This document shows, piece after piece, positions 29,064 through 38,321 of a stretch of DNA of 64,000 bases (positions are counted from its first letter, which is position 1; each line of letters opens with the position of its first letter). The translations under genes were made by a program, and so were the position numbers. Below the pieces are notes generated by a model, which was not told the origin of the DNA, ran no database searches, and worked only from the letters and a program-made list of their open reading frames with translations. Origin of the DNA: Candidatus Bathyarchaeota archaeon (GTDB lineage: Archaea > Thermoproteota > Bathyarchaeia > Bathyarchaeales > Bathycorpusculaceae); assembly GCA_963833575.1 (NCBI GenBank), contig CAWHXY010000004.1, forward strand, positions 320,001 through 384,000, written 5' to 3'.

Positions 29064-31700
29064 TTATGGTCGTTTTCTGAGAACGAGGATGGTTGCTACA
29101 AAACCTATTGCTATTGCAATTATTATTGCGACTGCTGCTATGGTGATGTACATTCCTGTTGGCTGTTCAGCTACTACTGGTGCTGGTGATGCTGTTGCTG
29201 CTGGGGGACTCTCGTAGAATGATGTTTCAGCTGATGATGGCCAATACGCGTTTGTTCCTGCAAAGGTCGCTGTTGCTGTGAAGCTTCCGGAGATTGTCGG
29301 TTTATATGTTAATGTGTACATGCCTTTTGCGTCGGTTGTTGCAGTGCCGATTGGGTATGTGTTGCCGTTAGAGTCAGTCACGCTTATTGTAATTGGTACA
29401 CCTGTGAAGTTGGTTGGCTGTGCTTGTTGCTGGTATATGTAAGCCATCCATTGGGTCATGCTTGAGTCAGATGCTACTGGAACGCCATTTGGAAAGTCAG
29501 CTGCTTGCTCTGTTTGTTTTGTGCCAGCAGAAATGTCTGTAACTGATCCGCTAATAATAATTGAATCGCCGAATGCTTCAGCGTTAGCAGTTGTGGCGCT
29601 TGGTCCTCTGCCTACACCGTAGATTTGGTTATCGTATCCATTATCGAAAACGGTCATTCCGTCTGCCAATGCAAATGCTGTTGAGGAACCTGTGGCTGCT
29701 GAAATCGTCCAGATTTCTTGTCCTGATGTGGCGTTAATTGCGCGTATTAAGGCACCTTTATAGATTGGTGTTTCGAAAGTGTGCTCACTTGTTACGGTGT
29801 ATACTATTCCGTTGGCAATTGCGCTTATGACTGTCGGGTAATTGCGAGCAAATTCAAGACCACTGCTAGTGGTGTTGCCTGCGCCGCCGTTACCGTATGT
29901 CCATAGTAGATTTCCATTTGTCAAATCAAAACAGTATACGAGTCCGCTGTAACCGCCTGCGTATAGTTTGCCGTAAGCCAATGTTGGTCCTTGACCGCCG
30001 TATCCCATTGAGAAGAAGTCAAGTGCTGCTTCTGGTGTTGTTGGTCCCCAAATTTGTTTGCCAGTGTTCATGCTGTACCCTATGTATTGCATAGTTTCCG
30101 CGTAGTATTCAGTGAAAACTCCGACTGATGGATCAGCTCCGTCGTATGATACGGTTAGGTTGCCTGCTGGAGCATTCAGATTATTTGTCCATTCTACAGT
30201 GCCGATTGTGCCGCTAGTTGCGTTAAGGTTTATGCCGAAGTAGGTGTAGGGAGTCCATGATTGTGAACCGAAGATGTTGTTTCCAGCATTTGGCATCGCG
30301 CCAGCTTCGCCGATCAGCATGCCGTTATAGAAGGCGCTTTCTATTGAAGGTGTTGCAGAAAGTGTGTTAAGCGATGGAATTGAAATGTTCCAATCGTACA
30401 AGCTTGGATCATTTCCGCTTAGTATTACTGGGACTACTGGAGGTGTTGTTGATGGACCTGAGTAATTGTTGCCCCAAAGTCTGGATGAGTTCCATTCTTG
30501 CAGATAGTAGTTTGGTTTCGTTGGTGTGCCATAGTTTACTAAGCTTACGATTAAGCGTTCGCCTTCTGGACCCATGAGTGCGGTGCCTGTGGGAACGTTT
30601 GTTATGTTGAATATTGAAGTTCCTGAGTCTGCGTCATAAGCTTGCCATTTTAGCGGTACTGGTGGACCTAGGAAGGATCCTCCAATTGCTGCAATTAAGA
30701 TTGGTGGGTAGACTCCGTGTTCGTTTGGATCTTGGACGTCATAAATATATCCGAATGATAGGGCAGGTATCGTTGTGCTTCTCCATTTTTCTTGGCCTGT
30801 TTGCAAGTCAACGCAGACTGTTGCGCCCGAGCTGGACCCGGCAAAAGATAGCGGTTCAGTGTAGTAGAGCATTCCGTCCATTATTATCGGGTTAGTGAAT
30901 CTAGTTGCGTATGCAGTTCCTTCGAAGTATGTGTCGCCTGCAGTTTGGAAGTCGTTGCCTCCTGTTACTCCTCCGCTTTGAAGGACTTTTGTCCACATTA
31001 TGTGGCTGGTTTGAGATCCTACTGCGTAAGGTTGGAAGGTTGCGCCTAGCATTCCACTGGAGTAGCCTGGTGCGCTTGTTCCTAGCCAGTTTGACGAAAT
31101 TGTCCACCAGTTAGGGTTCAAGCCGTATATTGGGCGTGTCCAGTAAGCCGATGGTAGGGGACTTGTTGGGATTGCTGTTACTTGTGCTTGTTGAACAGTG
31201 AAGGTTGCTGAGGCAGAGCTGGGTAGGAAGGTGTCGTTTGTGTATGCACTCGGAGCAAGACCGAAGAAGCCTGGTGCCATTGTCCATGTGTATAATTGTC
31301 CTGGAAAAGTGAAGTTAGCGGTGTATGTGCCGGTTTGGGTTGGGGTGAAGTAGTAGTTCTGGTTTGATGTTGGGTCTGTGATTACTGGGAAGGTCTGGGT
31401 TGTTGTTGTGCCGTCAGGTGCTTTAATGGTGAGTTCGTAGTTGTGCCAGCGAATGTCATTGCCGAATTCTGCGCCTGGAGCTACCGCGCTAAGCCACATG
31501 CCAATAGTTATCCTTTGGCCAACACCGATTGGATCTGGAGCCGCATTAACGTATGCGTAGGTGGGAATATTCCATGGAGTTCCGCCTTGCCCTGGACCGT
31601 GTGCACTAACATTTGATATTAAAGTCATAGAAGCTGTCATGGAAACTATCAAAAATATTGCGATTGCAATAGTTACCACTTTATTTTTAGAGATGTTCAT
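29064..31700 (-). CDS. Large membrane-anchored PQQ-like beta-propeller surface protein
   Basis: Signal peptide, YWTRP, HIMWTK..GG..GG, PQQ-like repeats, C-terminal TM + RKRP; paralog of 53021-55642. Confidence 0.88.
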   Translation of the reverse strand: MNISKNKVVTIAIAIFLIVSMTASMTLISNVSAHGPGQGGTPWNIPTYAYVNAAPDPIGVGQRITIGMWLSAVAPGAEFGNDIRWHNYELTIKAPDGTTTTQTFPVITDPTSNQNYYFTPTQTGTYTANFTFPGQLYTWTMAPGFFGLAPSAYTNDTFLPSSASATFTVQQAQVTAIPTSPLPSAYWTRPIYGLNPNWWTISSNWLGTSAPGYSSGMLGATFQPYAVGSQTSHIMWTKVLQSGGVTGGNDFQTAGDTYFEGTAYATRFTNPIIMDGMLYYTEPLSFAGSSSGATVCVDLQTGQEKWRSTTIPALSFGYIYDVQDPNEHGVYPPILIAAIGGSFLGPPVPLKWQAYDADSGTSIFNITNVPTGTALMGPEGERLIVSLVNYGTPTKPNYYLQEWNSSRLWGNNYSGPSTTPPVVPVILSGNDPSLYDWNISIPSLNTLSATPSIESAFYNGMLIGEAGAMPNAGNNIFGSQSWTPYTYFGINLNATSGTIGTVEWTNNLNAPAGNLTVSYDGADPSVGVFTEYYAETMQYIGYSMNTGKQIWGPTTPEAALDFFSMGYGGQGPTLAYGKLYAGGYSGLVYCFDLTNGNLLWTYGNGGAGNTTSSGLEFARNYPTVISAIANGIVYTVTSEHTFETPIYKGALIRAINATSGQEIWTISAATGSSTAFALADGMTVFDNGYDNQIYGVGRGPSATTANAEAFGDSIIISGSVTDISAGTKQTEQAADFPNGVPVASDSSMTQWMAYIYQQQAQPTNFTGVPITISVTDSNGNTYPIGTATTDAKGMYTLTYKPTISGSFTATATFAGTNAYWPSSAETSFYESPPAATASPAPVVAEQPTGMYITIAAVAIIIAIAIGFVATILVLRKRP

Positions 31701-31712
31701 TTTCCTTTATTT

Positions 31713-31796
31713 TCTCCTATATTTTTTAGACAAGAAGTAGCGAGATACTTCTTATCCGGCTTCCTCTTTTGTTACCTTTTTACTTAAATAACTTGC
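31713..31796 (-). promoter_or_regulatory. Promoter/5' leader: TATA (TTATTTAAG), 8-bp inverted repeat, AGGAG SD
   Basis: AAGAAGTA-N6-TACTTCTT at 31732-31753; same architecture upstream of the paralog at 55654-55741. Confidence 0.6.
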
Positions 31797-32020
31797 CTAA
31801 TTTGTCTTCAACTTCTGCCCAATTGACTGTAAAACGGTCCTTTTTTTGAAATTTTTCATTCCAAGAAATTTAAAGTGAATACTAACACATCTGAGCGGGA
31901 GAGGCAGGTTAATTCGCCATTAACCAATATCCAAGGGGCAATCTTAAGCCTCATTTAGTTTACGCTACTATGGCTTACAATATGCGTTCCCATTGGAAAG
32001 ACTCTAACAAAGCGAAAGTT

Positions 32021-32671
32021 TCACGCTTCTGCCAGTATATTGATCAGTAAGCGTCGCTCTGCTTTCCGCAAGTGCTCCCCTAACGTTGAACCTCCAATGT
32101 TAAGCTTTTTAGCAAGTTTTTCTGAGTTTATTCTTCGTGGAATGTCATAGTATCCAAGCTTGTAAGCTGCGATCAAGACATCCCTTTGCTTTTGGGTTAG
32201 CTTGCTGAGAGGTGAGTCGGGTGAGAAGTTTGCTTCAGTCAGCGAAACTACTCTATGTCGGATTCCTAATGCCGTTATCTTCTTGACAAATTCGCCAACT
32301 TGTTGTGCACTCCCGAGAAATGAAAAAGTTACTTTTCTCCCTCTGATTTCAAGGGGAGGGAACAAATATCCGCCAATGCCTAAATAATTAAGAATTGAAG
32401 ATAGACTTGGCCCGCCTTTCAAGAAGACTGTGTAGGTTCTGCTGTTTTCTTGTTCAAGAAGCTGTGCTTCAACTAATAAGCCTCCAGCAAGCAGGTCTTC
32501 GATTTTGAATGAGTCGTCCCTAAATTCAATTCTCGATATTACTGCGAACTCTTCACTGTCTTGCCTTAGGAAATGCAGAAAATCCAACGATTTTATTTTC
32601 TGAAAGTCCCCTATTTCTAATCCTAATTTAGAAAGTTCTTTTTCTGAGATTTCTAAAATTAATCGACGCAT
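32021..32671 (-). CDS. Bacterio-opsin-activator-type (HTH_10) transcriptional regulator
   Basis: LTQKQRDVLIAAYKLGYYDIPRRI...LAKKLNI..STLGEHLRKAE. Confidence 0.9.
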   Translation of the reverse strand: MRRLILEISEKELSKLGLEIGDFQKIKSLDFLHFLRQDSEEFAVISRIEFRDDSFKIEDLLAGGLLVEAQLLEQENSRTYTVFLKGGPSLSSILNYLGIGGYLFPPLEIRGRKVTFSFLGSAQQVGEFVKKITALGIRHRVVSLTEANFSPDSPLSKLTQKQRDVLIAAYKLGYYDIPRRINSEKLAKKLNIGGSTLGEHLRKAERRLLINILAEA

Positions 32672-32713
32672 AAACGATATTCGTTTTCGTTTGATTTATT
32701 CTTTGGTGCTGAC

Positions 32714-32727
32714 CCGCATGTATGCGG
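32714..32727. promoter_or_regulatory. Candidate operator palindrome between divergent regulator and MMPL genes
   Basis: CCGCAT-GT-ATGCGG perfect inverted repeat in an AT-rich spacer. Confidence 0.45.
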
Positions 32728-32844
32728 TAGAAAACTAATCCGTCAGCCAGCCCTCTAAAACCCTCTATTAAACAAAGATAAAGTTGGCTCAAAAATGATA
32801 GTGAAAAAATGTCGTATTGACCATTCCGACAGGAGCAGATACTG

Positions 32845-35800
32845 ATGCCTAAGTCTTTCTTCGATTCATTAAACGCGTTTATTCGTAAACGTTACCGATG
32901 GGTTATCATATCGTGGTTAGTTGTTGTGTTGCTTTCGTTGATTCTTGTTCCAAGCTTCTTTTCGGCAGTTTCTTATGATATTGTAGGTAGCGTTCAACCG
33001 CCTTCAAATAGTGAGTCAGATAGGACGCTTAAAATTCTTGATGCTCAGTTTCCAGAATTGAGTAATACTAGTCAAAATATTCTAAGTGTTGTTGTTCAAG
33101 GTACTTCACCTTACTCGGATTCATTGAAAGGTGTTATTCTCAAGTTGAATAGCACAATTTCAAAAGATAAAGATGTCAATAATTTTACTGGGGTAACAAG
33201 CCTTTACTCAGTTGAGGCAAGCTTACTAAATGAGTCTCTACCAGAGATTATTAATCAGACTGCAAACCTACAATCAAACATAACTACCATTAACTCAGGA
33301 CTATACGTTCTGCAAGATAACCTAACAGCACTAAGCACAAATCTATTTCAGCTGCAGAACGGCATCAACCAAACAGCCCAACTAGTATTTGGAGTCCCAT
33401 CGGCGTTCGTCGGCGTATGGCAAGGGGTTGTTCAAGGGTTTAACGCTCAGGGCTTAACAAACCCTGACCCATACATGGTTAATGTTCAAGCAAATTCAAC
33501 AGTGTTCACCGTAACTTCGAATTTTGGAAACAATGCCGAATCTATTGGCTACTACACTGCTTTCTTTAACGCTTGGAACAGCAGTTACGCAACTCTGCCA
33601 ATTAGCACCTTAATTTCTGACCGAGAAGCCTTTGCGATAGGTCAAGCTGTTTCGTCTCTTCTTAGCAGTTCCCAGCTCGACTCACAGACAAGCCAAATGA
33701 TAGGACTTGCAGCGTCAAATCTTACAGTTTCAAATTGGAACCAACTTTCAGCAATAGAAAATCTGACTATTTCAACTGTGGCATTAAGTATTCCTTCAAA
33801 TCTTTCATCTTCACTGGGGGTCTCGGCAACAAGCCTAGTCAATGAATTGTATAGCTTTGGGCCTTCTCCTTCAAACGAAAGTATTGCAAACTACGCCATT
33901 GCCCTTATAGAAACAAACTACTCGAACCAGACAATTCCGGATGTTGGATTTTCTGTTTCTAGCCTAATACAAGCTTCTTATGATCTTGGCCGATCACCTA
34001 GCAATACTCAATCGTGGGATCTATCTTGCGACTTTATTTCAAACGCCACTCAAAATGCTTTTATAGATTCGCCTCTGTTCAAAGTGAACAGCACATCATT
34101 AAGTTATCTTCTTTACACATTGCCCCAGAACACAACAATTGCTGACATAAGTAACGCCGTTGACAACGAGATATCAACTCAATCATATGTAAATTGCCCC
34201 TTTGCACTTCTAACCTCACTAACCAAGAATTTTGTAAACTCAAATAATGATACCATGCTAATTATCCTCAATTTCGCCTCAAGTCCAGAAGCCGACATAG
34301 TCGCGCACATAAGAACCGATATAGATACTACAGGGTTACAAAACTTTGGCACAGTTTATGTAACAGGCGGACCTGCCGTTTCCTTGGATTTGCGAAACAC
34401 CATTCTACCTGTCCTCGATATTACGCTGTTACCAGGAATCATTCTTTCCATCATAATCGTTGGACTTTTGCTTTTTTCGGTAACAGCGGCGGTGATTCCA
34501 ATAATAATGGGGGGTAGCTCCATTGTGGTGTCTCTTGCAGCCATATACCTTGGCATTGTTAAGATAGGGAACGCCAGCTTAACGTTTCTGACGCCAGCGT
34601 TAACACTGCTCTTATTGTTGGGCCTTGCGGTAGATTATGCAGTTTTGCAAATCAGACGCACAAAAGAAGAGCGTCTTCAAGGTAAATCAATCGAAGAAAG
34701 CGTAGGCATCTCAATTAAATGGGCAGGACAAGCTGTACTAACTGCAGGAACCACTGTCATAGTAGCATACGTTGTGATGGCATTAGCCAACGTTCCACTT
34801 TTTAGCACTGTTGGGCTTGCTATAGCAATAGGTGTCTCAGTTCTACTTGTCGCATCAATTACTCTGCTTCCAGCCCTCGAAATTGCGTTAGGTGATAGAC
34901 TTTTCTGGCCAGGTCTAAACAAACGCTTCATGAGAAACTCCAACCATAAGGGAATTTTGAAACGAGTAGTTGAAAGTACGCAAAAAAGGAAAGTTCTTGT
35001 AGTAATCATAATTGGCTTAGTATCTTTAGGCGCCATATTTGTCACTTTTAACACGCCCTTTAACAATGATGTTATGAAACTGATTCCAAACTTTTCAAGC
35101 AACCAAGGACTAAATGTTATATCAGACAACTTTGGAAGCGGAACAATATACCCAACATACATCACAGTCACAATGCCCACGCAGATAACATATGGAGATA
35201 ATCAATTCAACCAAACTCTACTTAACGAAATCGAGCATATCACCGCTACAGCTGCCGATTCAAAAGGCATCACAACTGTTGTAAGTCCAACGAGACCTTA
35301 TGGGAATTCATTCAACTACTCAAACATCGAAAACACGTCTGATGCCCTACGCTTGCAATATGAAAACCAAATGTTTACAGCAATTGGAAAAGACAACAAA
35401 ACCGTCTTAATCACCGTTGGACTCTCAGAATCAATCTTTAGCCAAAATGCGCTTAACTCTTTGTCTCAAATGGAAAAGACAATTAACAATTTAACGATCA
35501 TAAGCGGCACAACAATTCATTTTGGAGGTCAAGCTCAATCAACAAGTGATAGCGTATCATTCATGAATACTCTTGTTCCAGAAATTACAGCAATTCTAGC
35601 CGCTACAATATGCATAATTTTGTTTTTCCAACTAAGATCAGTATTAATGCCTCTTTATCTAATAGCTACGATACTTTGCAGTGTCATTTTATCCTTAGCA
35701 GCAATTTCACTGATATTCCACAGTGGCTTTAACTTGCCTATTGTTGTTTATGTTCCTTTGTTCGTAGTAGTAACAACGATTGGTGTCGGAGTAGACTATG

Positions 35801-36141
35801 GAGTATTTTTCGCTAACAGAGTACGCGAGGAAGCGGAAAACGGCAAAGCAGACAATGAAGCAGTAGTCATGGCTGTAGACAAAGTCTGGACGACCATTCT
35901 TGGACTTGGGCTTGTGTTGGCAGCGGTGTTCGCTTGTTTGCTTATACCTGGAATAGGAATTTTCGACGAACTAAGCATCGCCATTGCTATAGCAGTTTTA
36001 CTAGCAATTACTGTTGGTATCCTATTCTTTGTGCCCGCACTAATGGGACTAACACAAAAACTAAACTGGTGGCCACATAAACGATCCAGTGTAAACAATA
36101 AGAAAACAATAAAGGACAAGGATGTTAAAGACGAACTTTAA
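32845..36141 (+). CDS. MMPL/RND family transporter
   Basis: Two TM bundles with GLAVDYA and GVGVDYG motifs, large extracytoplasmic loops. Confidence 0.92.
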   Translation: MPKSFFDSLNAFIRKRYRWVIISWLVVVLLSLILVPSFFSAVSYDIVGSVQPPSNSESDRTLKILDAQFPELSNTSQNILSVVVQGTSPYSDSLKGVILKLNSTISKDKDVNNFTGVTSLYSVEASLLNESLPEIINQTANLQSNITTINSGLYVLQDNLTALSTNLFQLQNGINQTAQLVFGVPSAFVGVWQGVVQGFNAQGLTNPDPYMVNVQANSTVFTVTSNFGNNAESIGYYTAFFNAWNSSYATLPISTLISDREAFAIGQAVSSLLSSSQLDSQTSQMIGLAASNLTVSNWNQLSAIENLTISTVALSIPSNLSSSLGVSATSLVNELYSFGPSPSNESIANYAIALIETNYSNQTIPDVGFSVSSLIQASYDLGRSPSNTQSWDLSCDFISNATQNAFIDSPLFKVNSTSLSYLLYTLPQNTTIADISNAVDNEISTQSYVNCPFALLTSLTKNFVNSNNDTMLIILNFASSPEADIVAHIRTDIDTTGLQNFGTVYVTGGPAVSLDLRNTILPVLDITLLPGIILSIIIVGLLLFSVTAAVIPIIMGGSSIVVSLAAIYLGIVKIGNASLTFLTPALTLLLLLGLAVDYAVLQIRRTKEERLQGKSIEESVGISIKWAGQAVLTAGTTVIVAYVVMALANVPLFSTVGLAIAIGVSVLLVASITLLPALEIALGDRLFWPGLNKRFMRNSNHKGILKRVVESTQKRKVLVVIIIGLVSLGAIFVTFNTPFNNDVMKLIPNFSSNQGLNVISDNFGSGTIYPTYITVTMPTQITYGDNQFNQTLLNEIEHITATAADSKGITTVVSPTRPYGNSFNYSNIENTSDALRLQYENQMFTAIGKDNKTVLITVGLSESIFSQNALNSLSQMEKTINNLTIISGTTIHFGGQAQSTSDSVSFMNTLVPEITAILAATICIILFFQLRSVLMPLYLIATILCSVILSLAAISLIFHSGFNLPIVVYVPLFVVVTTIGVGVDYGVFFANRVREEAENGKADNEAVVMAVDKVWTTILGLGLVLAAVFACLLIPGIGIFDELSIAIAIAVLLAITVGILFFVPALMGLTQKLNWWPHKRSSVNNKKTIKDKDVKDEL

Positions 36142-36257
36142 CCATTCAGCACTATTGATGTCTTGAAAGGCTATGACAATGAAACCTACTAGTATAGTCC
36201 CGTCCAACGATAAAATGTTATTATAATTAGATCCTCAATATCTTTTGAGGATAATTA

Positions 36258-37169
36258 TTGATTGATTATCTTGTTGGGACAGGTGGATGGAGCTACTTCA
36301 ATGTTCCAAATAAACCCTCTTTGAAAGCCTACAGTGAAATATTCAATTTTGTAGAAGTAAACTACACATTTTATGAGTACCCACCTGTACAAACTGTTGA
36401 AAAATGGAGAAAAACTGTTCCAAAAGACTTCACGTTTTCCGTGAGATGTCATCAAGACTTAACGCACAAAATAGGCTTAAACCCAGTAGATGAAGCCTAC
36501 GAAGTATTCTACAAAATCAAAACCTACGCTAATGTTCTGCAAACCCCTTACGTGGTGTTAGAGACTCCTAAAGGCTATGTAATAGACAACTGTACAAGAG
36601 ATTTTCTGTCTACATTAAACTTGAAAGGCGTCGAGCTTGTCTGGGAATACAGAGCACCCCTAACTGAAGAAGTAACTAACTTGATGCAAGATTTCAACAT
36701 AATACAGAGCGTCGATTTGTCAATCCAGAAACCAAGCTACAACTTGGATGTAACTTATTCAAGATTATTTGGAAAGGGACAAAACAACATCTACCAATTC
36801 ACAGATGATGAACTAGTGGAAATACAACATAATGCTGAAGAGACCAATTCAAAGCAAGTAATTCTAGCTTATCATGGTTTGAGGATGAATGGTGACGCTT
36901 TGAGGTTTCAAAAGCATTTGGAAACTGGGAATTTCTTACCTGTAACTTCTGCTACCGGTGTAGATTCAGCGAAAGCGGTCTTAGCTGAAGACGCTACGTT
37001 CCCAACTTCCAAATCAGAATTAATCAAAAAACAAGGCTGGAAAGTCATAGATGTTAAACAAAACAAAACAGCTCACCTATCCGAATTTCTAAACAGAATT
37101 CCAGACAAAAACTACAGCCACATAAACGAAGTTGTGAAGGAGCTAGAAGTAGTTATTGGACAAAAATAA
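36258..37169 (+). CDS. DUF72 domain protein with C-terminal DUF2795-like extension
   Basis: VGTGGWSY, FVEVNYTFY, WRKTVPKDFTFSV; tail ATFPTSKSELI...IPDKNYSHINEV. Confidence 0.85.
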   Translation: MIDYLVGTGGWSYFNVPNKPSLKAYSEIFNFVEVNYTFYEYPPVQTVEKWRKTVPKDFTFSVRCHQDLTHKIGLNPVDEAYEVFYKIKTYANVLQTPYVVLETPKGYVIDNCTRDFLSTLNLKGVELVWEYRAPLTEEVTNLMQDFNIIQSVDLSIQKPSYNLDVTYSRLFGKGQNNIYQFTDDELVEIQHNAEETNSKQVILAYHGLRMNGDALRFQKHLETGNFLPVTSATGVDSAKAVLAEDATFPTSKSELIKKQGWKVIDVKQNKTAHLSEFLNRIPDKNYSHINEVVKELEVVIGQK

Positions 37170-37983
37170 CATTATTTTAGGAACTTGCGGATGGAGTTAC
37201 AAAGAATGGGAAGGCAACTTCTACCAGATTAAGAGCGGGCAGAGCAAACTTCGAGCTTACTCAAGAGTGTTCAAAACTGCTGAAATAGACTCAACTTTCT
37301 ACCGCAATCCCACTAAAGGAACAGTTATGGGGTGGCTAAAGTATTCACCCAGTGACTTTGTTTTTACTGCTAAACTACCTAAAACAATAACCCATGACAA
37401 CATGCTGGGTTTAAAGAATGATGTTAAGGCAAATCTTGAAGTGTTTTTGGATTTAATGAGACCCCTTCAACTGGGTGGAAAACTTGGGTGTTTACTCATT
37501 CAGTTGCCGCCAAAATACACGTATAATCCGGGGAACCTGGAAGATTTTTTCAAGTTGCTTGACCCCATGTTTAGGTATGCAGTGGAATTTAGAAATGTTA
37601 CATGGTTGCTTCCTGAAACAGTGACTTTTAAGCTCTTAGAGAAATACGAAGTTGCTTATACTATTGTGGATGAGCCGCTTCTTCCGCCAGAAATCCATTT
37701 GACCACTGATTTTGCTTATTTCAGATGGCATGGCAAGGGTGAAGACATCTGGTTTAACTACAGGTACAATGCAGAAGAGCTAGATGCTTGGATTCCGAAA
37801 GTGCAAGAAACCTCAAGCAAAGTCAAGAAAGTCTACGGGTACTTTAACAATCACTACCACGGCTACGCTCCAGAGAACTGCCTTCAATTAATTGAAAAGC
37901 TTGGATTAACAACTGAAGAACAAAAGAGGGCGAAGACGAAAAACACTGTTAAACAATCGCAACTTGGCTCTTTCTTTAGTTAA
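37156..37983 (+). CDS. DUF72 (YecE-like) protein
   Basis: GTCGWSY..W, EIDSTFY, LLIQLPP, AVEFRN, YFRWHG, YFNNHY. Confidence 0.92.
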   Translation: MDKNNIILGTCGWSYKEWEGNFYQIKSGQSKLRAYSRVFKTAEIDSTFYRNPTKGTVMGWLKYSPSDFVFTAKLPKTITHDNMLGLKNDVKANLEVFLDLMRPLQLGGKLGCLLIQLPPKYTYNPGNLEDFFKLLDPMFRYAVEFRNVTWLLPETVTFKLLEKYEVAYTIVDEPLLPPEIHLTTDFAYFRWHGKGEDIWFNYRYNAEELDAWIPKVQETSSKVKKVYGYFNNHYHGYAPENCLQLIEKLGLTTEEQKRAKTKNTVKQSQLGSFFS

Positions 37984-38164
37984 ACTCTTCACATGCATTC
38001 AAAACTTCAAACAGCATGATTAGCTTCTTGAAACCAGTAGATCGAATCTAAAAACAATTCAAACTCTAACCAAAAAACCACTTAAACCACAAAGAAAAAA
38101 AGCACAATAGAGCCAGCAATAACTAGATTTCAGAGTTTCTAAACAAATCTCTTCTGGATTCTGG

Positions 38165-38313
38165 ATTGTCTAAAAATGTCAAATCGCGTCAAATTGTGTC
38201 AATTTATGTCAAATTATGTCAAAAAATGTATCAACCTGCGACTAAATCAAGCCTTAAACCAAAAAAGCAACCCAGAACAAACTGGAAAAAATGGCAAAAA
38301 GGTGTTGTTGTTC
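38165..38313 (+). repeat. Dispersed intergenic element: 10-bp tandem array (AAATTRTGTC-type) + conserved tail
   Basis: GTC recurs every 10 bp from 38168 to 38220, then TCAACCTGCGACTAAATCAAGCCTTAAACCAAAAAAGCAACCC. Inverted copy at 52797-52937. Confidence 0.85.
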
Positions 38314-38321
38314 TACTAATC

